Part shown: positions 23,752 through 31,318 of the stretch, piece after piece | How the letters are laid out: each line of letters begins with the position of its first letter | Position numbering within the stretch: the stretch's first letter is position 1 | DNA from: Synechococcus sp. A15-24 | Lineage (GTDB): Bacteria > Cyanobacteriota > Cyanobacteriia > PCC-6307 > Cyanobiaceae | Assembly: GCF_014280195.1 (NCBI RefSeq) | Contig: NZ_CP047960.1 | Location: forward strand, 1,200,001 to 1,232,000 | Reading direction: 5' to 3' | DNA: 32,000 nt | The notes under the pieces: generated by a model | Told to the model about the DNA's origin: nothing | Databases searched by the model: none | What the model saw: only the letters and a program-made list of their open reading frames with translations | Made by a program: the position numbers and the translations under genes

Positions 23752-24110
23752 GACAGAAACACGATCGCCAATCAGCTCGCCAATGATTGATCAGAAGCAG
23801 TTAACGATGAATCAATCCACGGCTTCGCCAATGTTCCTAACAGCTTTTCCACAATCCGACATCCTCAGGATGTCGATGCCAAGACGGGTCTGCCACTGGC
23901 GGGGGAAAACCGGTTTTCCTCTTGACGAGGCCGGAGAGCAGCCTGTAGTCCAGCGCACATCGCGCTCCAGAACGACTGCAAAAACTGATCTCACCCCGAA
24001 CAAGGTCAACTTGATCGGTCCATCGGAACGGTTTTGACGAACCGACTCCTGACGTGCGGAGATGGATTGCAGGAAGCGCAGAGAGCAATTTGCTGACCAC
24101 TCCGGATTCC

Positions 24111-24338
24111 ATGCCGCCACACGTCAGTGTGGAAAACCAGTTGCCGCAGGATCTTTGTGAAGCCATGGGCCGATTCATCGAGAGCCATCCGCAATGGGAC
24201 CAGTACCGACTGGTCCAGGTGGCCATCGCTGGCTTCCTGTTTCAGCAGGGCAGCCAGGAGCGGATGGTGGCGCAGCACTATCTAAAAGGACTGTTCCACC
24301 ACAGGCCAGACCCATGCCAGATGGCGCTCGAGCGCTGA
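24111..24338 (+). CDS. DUF2811-like cyanobacterial protein (75 aa)
   Basis: 'LPQDLCEAMGRFIESHPQWDQYRLVQVAIAGFLFQQG' matches my recollection of the DUF2811 pattern (LPxxL...HPxWDQxR...AlxxFLxQxG). Confidence 0.65.
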   Translation: MPPHVSVENQLPQDLCEAMGRFIESHPQWDQYRLVQVAIAGFLFQQGSQERMVAQHYLKGLFHHRPDPCQMALER

Positions 24339-24505
24339 GCTGTGATTGCTGTGCATCACCCGGAGAGCTGCACTACAGGGTCCGAACCGATGCGCTGACG
24401 GAGTGGATCTTCGTTTGTCCCTCCTGCTGGCCCGCGCTGAAAGCGCAACCCGGGTACCGCTACGGAGGGACCCGAAAGGCGGATCGGCGACGCCGTCGGC
24501 GCTGA
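24314..24505 (+). CDS. Cys-rich zinc-ribbon-like protein with poly-Arg tail (63 aa)
   Basis: 'CDCC...' and 'CPSC' pairs 26 residues apart; C-terminal 'DRRRRRR'. The ATG at 24314 overlaps the previous gene by 25 nt in another frame. Confidence 0.45.
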   Translation: MPDGARALSCDCCASPGELHYRVRTDALTEWIFVCPSCWPALKAQPGYRYGGTRKADRRRRRR

Positions 24506-24507
24506 AC

Positions 24508-24861
24508 TCAGGGCAGCGGTAGGCAGTCGTAGGCGACGATCGAGCCGCGGCGCTGCAGGAATTCCGGTTGCAGGGGGTCCTCGACCCGCCACCACCAACG
24601 ACCGTCGGTGTAGCTGGGAGCACCGGCATTGTTCGTACGCGGTAGCTGCAAGGTCATGTCACGCCAGTGGATCAGAACTCCATCTCCGGGGAGCGTCCCG
24701 GCCGAGGTGTTCGGAATTCCTCCGGGCAGACCGGTCGGATCCACCGCACCAGCCACGGTCTCCACCCTCAGCGGATCACCGTCACAGCTCCAGTCTGCAG
24801 CGGCCGGAGCCGGCAACAAGCAGATCAGCATCGACAGGATCAACGACAGGAGGGCACCCAC
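24508..24861 (-). CDS. secreted hypothetical protein (117 aa)
   Basis: Hydrophobic N-terminus 'LLSLILSMLICLLPAPAAA'. GTG at 24861 or ATG at 24831. Confidence 0.55.
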   Translation of the reverse strand: MGALLSLILSMLICLLPAPAAADWSCDGDPLRVETVAGAVDPTGLPGGIPNTSAGTLPGDGVLIHWRDMTLQLPRTNNAGAPSYTDGRWWWRVEDPLQPEFLQRRGSIVAYDCLPLP

Positions 24862-24875
24862 GACAGAATTGTCCG

Positions 24876-25259
24876 ATGACTCTCACCCTCGTCTACGACG
24901 GCGGCTGCCCCTTCTGCCGTTCCTTTGCCCTGCGCAGTGAGTTGGTGGGCGGTATCAAGGAGCTAGAAATCCGTGATGGTCGGGCCGACAACGAGCTGCG
25001 CTGCCGCCTTCAGCAACAGGGTTACCGCCTAGCTGACGGGGCGATGCTGTTGGAAGGCGACACGATTTGGCACGGAAGCGCGGCCATTGCAGAACTGTGC
25101 CGACGCATGCAACCGAGTGATCCACTGCTGCTGATGATGCGCCAACTGTTTCGCGACGATGGACGTGCCGCGGGGGTTTACCCCTCCCTGTTGCTGGCAC
25201 GACGACTCGCCCTGACCATTCAAGGCAAGCCAGTCGACCCAGACGTTCAACCGATCTGA
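24876..25259 (+). CDS. DCC-family thiol-disulfide oxidoreductase (DUF393)
   Basis: N-terminal 'LVYDGGCPFCRSF' (the YDGxCxxC signature). Confidence 0.85.
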   Translation: MTLTLVYDGGCPFCRSFALRSELVGGIKELEIRDGRADNELRCRLQQQGYRLADGAMLLEGDTIWHGSAAIAELCRRMQPSDPLLLMMRQLFRDDGRAAGVYPSLLLARRLALTIQGKPVDPDVQPI

Positions 25260-25304
25260 GCGAGGACCGGTGTGGCATCACGACCCCATGCAGGTCTACG
25301 GTGA

Positions 25305-25622
25305 ATGCATCGCCTTCAGGTTTCCTTAAGTATCGACCCCGATTCCTCTGTCCCCGATGCCCTGAGCCGCCACCAGCTCAGCGCCCTGCTCAAAGCAGCG
25401 ATGGAGGGCACGCAAGCGCGAATGGCCAGCGTTGATGAGGACGAATTGCTGCGGGCAGCTCTAAGTGCCTGGGCAGATCAAACCAACGAACTGCTCCAGT
25501 GGATCGAAAGCCAGGGTGATGCCGTCAGCGATACCAGAACACCAAAACAGGTCATGGCCCTGGGCAGCTTCCGAACTCACTTGGTGATGGGACTGAAGGC
25601 ACTGCGATATGCGGAGAGCTGA
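25305..25622 (+). CDS. hypothetical protein (105 aa)
   Basis: ATG ORF with helical, protein-like composition. Confidence 0.5.
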   Translation: MHRLQVSLSIDPDSSVPDALSRHQLSALLKAAMEGTQARMASVDEDELLRAALSAWADQTNELLQWIESQGDAVSDTRTPKQVMALGSFRTHLVMGLKALRYAES

Positions 25623-25852
25623 TCGCGTTCAGCGTCAGAGGGTCGGTTCAAGTTCCAAAGCGATGCTTAAATCAACTTGTTCGGCGAAATCCTCTAGCTC
25701 GGCATTCATTTCAATCAACAACACGGCTAAAGCCGAAGCAAACTCAGTGCAGAAGTCGTCCGCCACAGCGTCTCAGAACGGGACCCACCATTTCTAGAGA
25801 CAGGATTGGCACTGCTGTGGCTGTCCTCAACTGATGTTCACAAACGCTGAAT

Positions 25853-26341
25853 TCAGGCCACCAAACGTACGCTGAACTGATCGATATCAAGATTCAACTG
25901 ACGCATCCGATCTCGAATTCCCAAGCAATCTCTGCAGGAGCAATGATCTTGACCAACCTCCACATGATGAAGGAGAAGGGGGAGAATTTGATCTTCGTCT
26001 TCGTAGAAGAAAGAGATGATATCTCAGGCAGAGAATAAAGTTACAAAGATCCTTACTGGAACCAGCTTCGACGACAACAACAAATCATTCAGAATGGTGT
26101 TATCAACACACAAGAATCGTCAGGATTCAACAACAATAGGTTCATTCACAAATAATCCTGCGGAGTGTGCATCCACGAGCAGCGTGCTCAGGCAATCCAT
26201 ACCGAAACAGGCTTCGCCGGATAGCAACGTGGTCCATTCCTCCTCCGGGAAGTGGGTTTGCAGCCATAACGCACCATGGACACTGGCAACGATCAGACGG
26301 GCCAAACCGGGTCGATCAGCGTGTTGAACGAGGAGATCCAA
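25853..26341 (-). pseudogene. degraded gene: one 163-codon frame interrupted by two in-frame TGA codons
   Basis: The segments 26341-26123 (73 codons), 26119-26027 (31 codons) and 26023-25856 (56 codons) share one frame. They are separated by TGA at 26122-26120 and 26026-24. The only possible start is TTG. Low-GC islet. Confidence 0.45.
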
Positions 26342-26505
26342 AGCCGTCTACTAACTCAATTGAGTCCATTACGCCGAACAATGGACCAACCAATTGTTCG
26401 TTCTGATACAAAAACGGCAAGAGGCCTCATCGTGGACGAAGTTTTAATTGGTTAAGTTAATGTTGTTACGTATTGAACACCGTGTCGGACGACCTGACAG
26501 CCATC

Positions 26506-26634
26506 ATGATTTCCTCCGTGTTGGTGGGAGCCGGGGTTGTCGTGGCGCGGTTCTTCCGAGAGGCGTCTCTGCTGGCAGCCTTTTTTCTCGTGGGCTTCAT
26601 CGGCTTGGAGCTGACGCTTGTGCTGATCAGCTGA
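26506..26634 (+). CDS. two-TM micropeptide (42 aa)
   Basis: 'MISSVLVGAGVVVARFFREASLLAAFFLVGFIGLELTLVLIS'. In-frame GTG at 26482. Differs from the track ORF in this region. Confidence 0.3.
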   Translation: MISSVLVGAGVVVARFFREASLLAAFFLVGFIGLELTLVLIS

Positions 26635-26911
26635 GCTCCTGATCCCGTTGCCAACGCATGCCCAGCCTGAACCGTTGATAACGGACCATCGCTTGCTCCA
26701 GGCTGAGGTGAGGATAAAGCGCCGATGCTTCCTCAAGGGTTGCGGGCTCCCGCAACCAATCCTGATCCGGTGGTGTGGCCGCCGCTGCTGAATCGCGCCG
26801 CCAGCGTCGAGAACCTGGCAGATGCCGGCGCCATCGATCGAGAAGCTCGAGGGGATGAATCACGGTGTTTTTACAGAAAAACTCGTTTTGAAGGACTGTC
26901 GCCTCGCTCAA
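26627..26911 (-). CDS. hypothetical protein (94 aa)
   Basis: ATG ORF; no motif recognised. Confidence 0.4.
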   Translation of the reverse strand: MSEATVLQNEFFCKNTVIHPLELLDRWRRHLPGSRRWRRDSAAAATPPDQDWLREPATLEEASALYPHLSLEQAMVRYQRFRLGMRWQRDQELS

Positions 26912-26943
26912 GGGCGAGCTAGCACCGATTCAGCACGAGAGGA

Positions 26944-27123
26944 ATGATGGCTCGCTTCGGACTGAAAATGATCACGGATCACCTGCCACGCATCGGTCGG
27001 CGGCGCTCCGTGGTGCCAGCTGTTCCAACGCAAGAATCGCAGAACGCTCCGAAAATGGATTACTGGGCAATGGATTGCGCCGCCAATCCCTGGCGAAAGG
27101 GATGCCGCACCTACGACAGCTGA
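26944..27123 (+). CDS. small protein with CP12-like C-terminal cysteine loop (59 aa)
   Basis: The C-terminus 'DCAANPWRKGCRTYDS' fits the CP12 pattern C-x2-N-P-x4-C-R-x-Y-D. The CP12 core 'AWDxVEEL' is absent. Below the track cut-off. Confidence 0.4.
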   Translation: MMARFGLKMITDHLPRIGRRRSVVPAVPTQESQNAPKMDYWAMDCAANPWRKGCRTYDS

Positions 27124-27132
27124 GCGGTCGGA

Positions 27133-27996
27133 TCAACAAGCGGCGACCGGTTCGAGCATGGACCGGGTTCTCAGCGAGAAGCCCATCTGGAGCAGCCGTG
27201 CATTGGAGACACGTGCGTTGAACACCCTGGCCCCTGGACGATCGTGGTTGTCCCAGATCACAGGGGGGAGCCCTTCTTCATCGCAGAGTGCATTGGAGAG
27301 CTCGCGACGGCTGAGTTGAAGGTCATCCACGAGGTTGTAGATGCCCTGAAGTCTGCGCTGCAGGGCAAACTCAACCCCGCGAACGATGTCCTCCAGGTGC
27401 ACCCAGGCATTGATGTGGTTGCCGTTCTTGGCCACCTGCTGCCCCGAGGCACTGCGAATGAACGATGGGATGTCTTTTCCGGGCCCGTAGATCCCCCCCA
27501 ACCTCAGCACACAGGTCTGAATCGATGGAGTGTTGAGCCCAAGGACAGCATTTTCCGCCTGCACCAGTAGTTCGTTGGTGCTGTTGCTGAGATCCGGGGA
27601 TGACAACTCCGTGGTGACGGCACCGCACTGATCGCCATAGACCCCAGCGCTGCTCAGGTAACTGACGTGAAGCGGACGTTGGCGAGGGCGCTCTCGGAGA
27701 GCTTTGACAATGGCAGGAACCGCTTCGCCGTAAACCGCCCTGTACTGATCTTCCTCGTAGCTGGCCGTGGTCGGAGCCATGGCAATCAACACACCATCAA
27801 GGTCGTCGAAAACACTGAAGTCGGCGGCGGAATCACCAGCTCGAAGAATGCGGGGATGGTCGACCAGATCGCACAACTCAGCCAGACGAGCCGGGCCCGT
27901 GGTGGTGCCCGTCAGCTCGTAGCCCTGTGCGCGGAGGTGAAGGGCAACAGCAGAACCGACGTAACCACAACCCACCACTCCGAACCGACCTGACAT
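27133..27996 (-). CDS. NAD-dependent epimerase/dehydratase-family SDR
   Basis: N-terminal 'FGVVGCGYVGSAV' Rossmann motif; 287 aa. Confidence 0.85.
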   Translation of the reverse strand: MSGRFGVVGCGYVGSAVALHLRAQGYELTGTTTGPARLAELCDLVDHPRILRAGDSAADFSVFDDLDGVLIAMAPTTASYEEDQYRAVYGEAVPAIVKALRERPRQRPLHVSYLSSAGVYGDQCGAVTTELSSPDLSNSTNELLVQAENAVLGLNTPSIQTCVLRLGGIYGPGKDIPSFIRSASGQQVAKNGNHINAWVHLEDIVRGVEFALQRRLQGIYNLVDDLQLSRRELSNALCDEEGLPPVIWDNHDRPGARVFNARVSNARLLQMGFSLRTRSMLEPVAAC

Positions 27997-28077
27997 GACT
28001 TTTTTACCTGTGTTTACATAACGTAACGATTCATGGGGCAGTGTGTTGTAAGAACCGCTGCAGCCTCTGTTGTTGGC

Positions 28078-28431
28078 TCAAAACAGCAGTTGCAGCAATC
28101 CGATTGTGACCAGGGCCAGTGCAACGGCAACAGCCAGCCCCCCCAGCAGCAGAACAACACCCGCCACAAAACCGATCCGCGCTGCCGTTTGGGGAAACAG
28201 TAGATAAAAGCTGAGGCCGAATGCCACGGGCCACAGCGGTGGCAACAGAACGCAAACGGCTGTGAGCAGGGTTAATCGATGGCGACGGCTGCGATCCTGT
28301 TCCTGGGACAGCTGAATCCGCTGGTTCTGACGATCGAGTTCCGCCTGTTCCTCGTCGCTCAGCCAGCGACCCCGTTGACGGGCGGCCTCAAGATCCTGGG
28401 CCGGATTGTTCGGGATGGATCCCTTAGTCAT
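28078..28431 (-). CDS. membrane protein (117 aa)
   Basis: Charged N-terminal half followed by hydrophobic segments: 'LTLLTAVCVLLPPLWPVAFGLSFYLLF' and 'IGFVAGVVLLLGGLAVAVALALVTIGLL'. Confidence 0.6.
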   Translation of the reverse strand: MTKGSIPNNPAQDLEAARQRGRWLSDEEQAELDRQNQRIQLSQEQDRSRRHRLTLLTAVCVLLPPLWPVAFGLSFYLLFPQTAARIGFVAGVVLLLGGLAVAVALALVTIGLLQLLF

Positions 28432-28460
28432 GGCGTCAGCGTAGGAAGCCGTGACAGCGC

Positions 28461-28853
28461 CTACGGCCCACTGAGTTGCTGGAATAGGGAACGACGGTCC
28501 TGCTCCAACTCAATCTGAATGGTGCGCGCCACCGCCTGAGGATCACTAAGAACCGCGTCATGGGTGAACCGCAGCGTGCGCAGATGGCGACTGAGGAGAC
28601 GATCACGGTTGTAATCCTTGTCGCGGCGTTTGGTTTTGTTGTGGCGAGCTCCGTCAATTTCCACATTGAGCAGCCCATGGGGGGAGATCACCAGCAGATC
28701 CAGGGTGCGACGGGTGCCTGTTGCACCCTCAGGAATGCAGATGTGCACCTCAAAACTGAACAGAAGTCCGGCAGCTTCGAGGGCCTCACACAGCCGCACA
28801 TGACCCTCTGACTGAAGATCAACCCCCTTGAACCTCTGCTCCCACTCAGCCAT
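28461..28853 (-). CDS. DUF559 / PD-(D/E)xK endonuclease-like protein
   Basis: 'LDLLVISPHGLLNVEIDGARHNKTKRRDKDYNRDRLLSRHLRTLRF' fits the DUF559 block (D...E-x-D-G-x-x-H ... D-x-x-R-D ... R-F). Confidence 0.7.
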   Translation of the reverse strand: MAEWEQRFKGVDLQSEGHVRLCEALEAAGLLFSFEVHICIPEGATGTRRTLDLLVISPHGLLNVEIDGARHNKTKRRDKDYNRDRLLSRHLRTLRFTHDAVLSDPQAVARTIQIELEQDRRSLFQQLSGP

Positions 28854-28862
28854 GCCTGCAGT

Positions 28863-29024
28863 TCAGCGGTTCACCAGCCGTGCATGCAATGCACACACCT
28901 TGACCGCCTTGGCAGGTGGCGCCTGACAGAGAGCGCCCAGCTCCTGGTTCAGCTGCTGAAACAAGCCAACGTCCGCCCCGGGCAGAGACGAAAGCGCAGA
29001 CAAGAAGCCGACCATCGCCACCAT
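28863..29024 (-). CDS. hypothetical small protein (53 aa)
   Basis: ATG ORF 'MVAMVGFLSALSSLPGADVGLFQQLNQELGALC...', ending 9 nt before the DUF559 gene start. Below the track cut-off. Confidence 0.35.
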   Translation of the reverse strand: MVAMVGFLSALSSLPGADVGLFQQLNQELGALCQAPPAKAVKVCALHARLVNR

Positions 29025-29063
29025 CACCACAGCATCACCCTCCGATCCAATCTTGAGACAAGA

Positions 29064-29273
29064 TTAAGACCCTGAAGCTGGAGGGTTGCCCTGAGGCTGA
29101 TCCACCTCATCCAGTTGCACCACTCCCTTGAGCGTGCCGAGGTGCAGCATCAATCCGGCACGCCAGGCCGCATCGGCATCAGCCGCTTCGACGCGCTCGG
29201 TGTTGAGCACGCCATTGCAATCAAGGATTAGATCAAACAGAGGCGGCATGCCGGGGAGATGCAGTGTCCCCAT
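29064..29273 (-). CDS. hypothetical protein (69 aa)
   Basis: ATG ORF on the same strand as its neighbours. Confidence 0.45.
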   Translation of the reverse strand: MGTLHLPGMPPLFDLILDCNGVLNTERVEAADADAAWRAGLMLHLGTLKGVVQLDEVDQPQGNPPASGS

Positions 29274-29336
29274 TCAGGCGAAACCATGATGACGACACAT
29301 ACCCCAACTGAGGGATTTTGAATTCAACCGAAGGTC

Positions 29337-29450
29337 TCAGGCCTGGGATGCGAGAACGGAAAGCGCTGCTAACACCGCGACAGAGACGACGATGAACGAC
29401 AGACCCATCGCAATCTCATTGCTGCGCTTGATGTCTTGATAGCTGCGCAT
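29337..29450 (-). CDS. single-TM micropeptide (37 aa)
   Basis: 'MRSYQDIKRSNEIAMGLSFIVVSVAVLAALSVLASQA', below the track cut-off. Confidence 0.35.
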   Translation of the reverse strand: MRSYQDIKRSNEIAMGLSFIVVSVAVLAALSVLASQA

Positions 29451-29486
29451 GACCCGATTGCGTGGATCGCCAAGCTAAGGGCGTAG

Positions 29487-29711
29487 TCACAAACCAAGCG
29501 AATGGGTCAATAGATCTTGATGTCGACGAGACGTTTCTTTATGTCCATGAGAACAAGGACCTGACTCGAGCTCAATCCATTCCAGGACCAACGCATGCAG
29601 GCAAGCGAGAGCACTCCTCTGCTCCTGAGAGCCGGCGGGTGTGTACTTGAAATCCATGAACGCCCGGTCAGCCAGCGGTCGTTGCTGGAGGCAGCGATCC
29701 TGAATAGACAT
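29487..29711 (-). CDS. hypothetical protein (74 aa)
   Basis: The internal ATG at 29711 overlaps the stop of the upstream micropeptide ORF by 1 nt (TGATG). Confidence 0.4.
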   Translation of the reverse strand: MSIQDRCLQQRPLADRAFMDFKYTPAGSQEQRSALACLHALVLEWIELESGPCSHGHKETSRRHQDLLTHSLGL

Positions 29712-29812
29712 CAACTTTGGGGCTGCCCCGAACCTGAGAGGCGCGAGATCCAAAGCACCATGCTGGCGGCGGAAAAGGCGCCAAAAATGGTTAGAAGCAG
29801 CTGCGTAGACAT
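29711..29812 (-). CDS. single-TM micropeptide (33 aa)
   Basis: 'MSTQLLLTIFGAFSAASMVLWISRLSGSGQPQS', below the track cut-off. Coupled to 29487..29711. Confidence 0.35.
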   Translation of the reverse strand: MSTQLLLTIFGAFSAASMVLWISRLSGSGQPQS

Positions 29813-30043
29813 CTCGCTGAGGCGCGCTTTCAGCGCAACCGTGAACTTCTTCACAAAACTACACGCGCTGATCCTGCTGTGTGGGCACGTCCATCAGTCG
29901 AGCGCGAACAGCCGTGCGCGAGCAGCAGCACCAATCACCGATGTGTCATGTTGAAGTGGTGAAGCAGGTCTGTTCAGGCCTGTGAGCTGAGCAACCCTGA
30001 TAACGCAGGCGAGCGAGAACCCGATAACCCTGTTTTGAACCCA

Positions 30044-30178
30044 ATGAAGAAACACACCGCACGGCGTGCCGCAAACTTGACTGCGCGCAAGAGCGCAACC
30101 CCGAAGCACCCTCCTTCCAACCAGCTCAAAACCTCTCCCCAACTCATCAGCTGGGAAGAGGTCATCGGCAAGCGCTGA
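30044..30178 (+). CDS. hypothetical basic peptide (44 aa)
   Basis: ATG ORF 'MKKHTARRAANLTARKSATPKHPP...', convergent with the RRM gene. Weak call. Confidence 0.2.
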   Translation: MKKHTARRAANLTARKSATPKHPPSNQLKTSPQLISWEEVIGKR

Positions 30179-30190
30179 ACCGAGCTGAAA

Positions 30191-30436
30191 TCAGCGGCGG
30201 GGTTCGGCCTGACGAACTGTGATCCCGCGTCCCATCCACTCGACGTCCTGCAGGTCGTCGATGGCGGACTTTTCATCCGCAGCATTGGCAAGGTCGACAA
30301 AGGCAAAGCCACGCTTTCGGCCGGTCTCCCGATCCAAAGGCAGCGAACACTTGCTGACCTCGCCGTACTGGCTGAACAGATGAACGAGGTCTTCTCTCTC
30401 AGCGTCCCAGGAGAGATTGCCAATGAAAATCGTCAA
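30191..30436 (-). CDS. rbp: RRM-type RNA-binding protein
   Basis: RNP2 'IFIGNL' and RNP1 'RGFAFVDL'. No ATG is available: TTG at 30436 gives the canonical 'MTIFIGNLS...', with an alternative TTG at 30448. Confidence 0.9.
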   Translation of the reverse strand: MTIFIGNLSWDAEREDLVHLFSQYGEVSKCSLPLDRETGRKRGFAFVDLANAADEKSAIDDLQDVEWMGRGITVRQAEPRR

Positions 30437-30494
30437 AAAAAAGGCCAAAACCGTACTAACTCACCATCGCATACAGCCGTACCTTGAATGCCAC

Positions 30495-30881
30495 TCATCC
30501 AGCAGGCTCAGTAGGCGGTGGCAGTGACAGAACGAATGTCAGCAGAGCTGAAGCAAGACGTGCGTCGCCCTCAAGTACTAAGAGACGGTGCACGTCCATC
30601 GCTTGACCAAGGTCCGGCGTCGCCGATCCGTTGATCAGACCACGCGCTTTGCTGCGGGCGATCACGTGCTGGAGCGACATGGTCATGACTCCAAGCTGGC
30701 TTATCTGAAACCAAAGCCCTTCAGGTCTTCCACATTGCAGCGGTATTGGGCCAAAACCAGGCATGGGCACGCCATTTCCAACATCGGTGGGCGCTGCCCC
30801 AGAGGCAATGCGCCTTAACACCGATTGCCGGATGTGCTCCACGCGACCAACACTGTGGTCATCGAGATCGGAGGTGCCCAT
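30495..30881 (-). CDS. hypothetical protein (128 aa from ATG 30881)
   Basis: Shortened version of the 163-aa track ORF, whose N-terminal 35 aa are Cys/Ser/Arg-rich. No motif recognised. Confidence 0.4.
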   Translation of the reverse strand: MGTSDLDDHSVGRVEHIRQSVLRRIASGAAPTDVGNGVPMPGFGPIPLQCGRPEGLWFQISQLGVMTMSLQHVIARSKARGLINGSATPDLGQAMDVHRLLVLEGDARLASALLTFVLSLPPPTEPAG

Positions 30882-31187
30882 GACGGCCGACACTCCACCT
30901 GAGCAACACCCAGAAGCTGCCTGACTGACTCGGCTCCTGCTCCAACAGTTTCCACACATCCGTAAGGCTCGTCCTTTGGCAGGCATTCCTTGAGCGCCAC
31001 GTCAATCGACACTCCATTGCACCGTCCTCAGGTGCCCAGGAGTCCACAAGCCTTCACAACTGGACCCCATGGCCCCAGGCGCCATCCAGCCAGACGCTTC
31101 GACCGTTTCTTCAGTCCCTTTGCTTGAGGTTCCAACTCACTGAAGCATTACTGATCAGGTCGATTGCTATGCACAAACGAGCGAGAT

Positions 31188-31219
31188 AGGCCGTCCTTCC
31201 CATCCGGGAGGGGCGGCCT
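31188..31219. other. GC-rich 13-bp hairpin with no adjacent gene end
   Basis: AGGCCGTCCTTCC-CATCCG-GGAGGGGCGGCCT (two G-U pairs), followed on the plus strand by TCCCCTTGTT. Confidence 0.45.
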
Positions 31220-31318
31220 TCCCCTTGTTGGGTGCATGGATCAAATCAATAGAAGGCCTGTTGTTTGGCGCTTTTCGATCCTTGGACTGTTCACCCTGGA
31301 TGTAGTTGCAGCGAAGCC

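Noticed and set aside
26020-26122. Selenocysteine decoding of the two in-frame TGA codons
   Set aside because: I see no obvious SECIS-like hairpin immediately 3' of either TGA. As far as I know, cyanobacteria generally lack Sec machinery. The frame also lacks a proper start, so a pseudogene is the simpler explanation.
29974-30423. 149-aa minus-strand ORF overlapping the RRM gene
   Set aside because: It is out of frame with the RNP1/RNP2-containing ORF on the same strand and has a Ser/Arg/Ala-rich composition.
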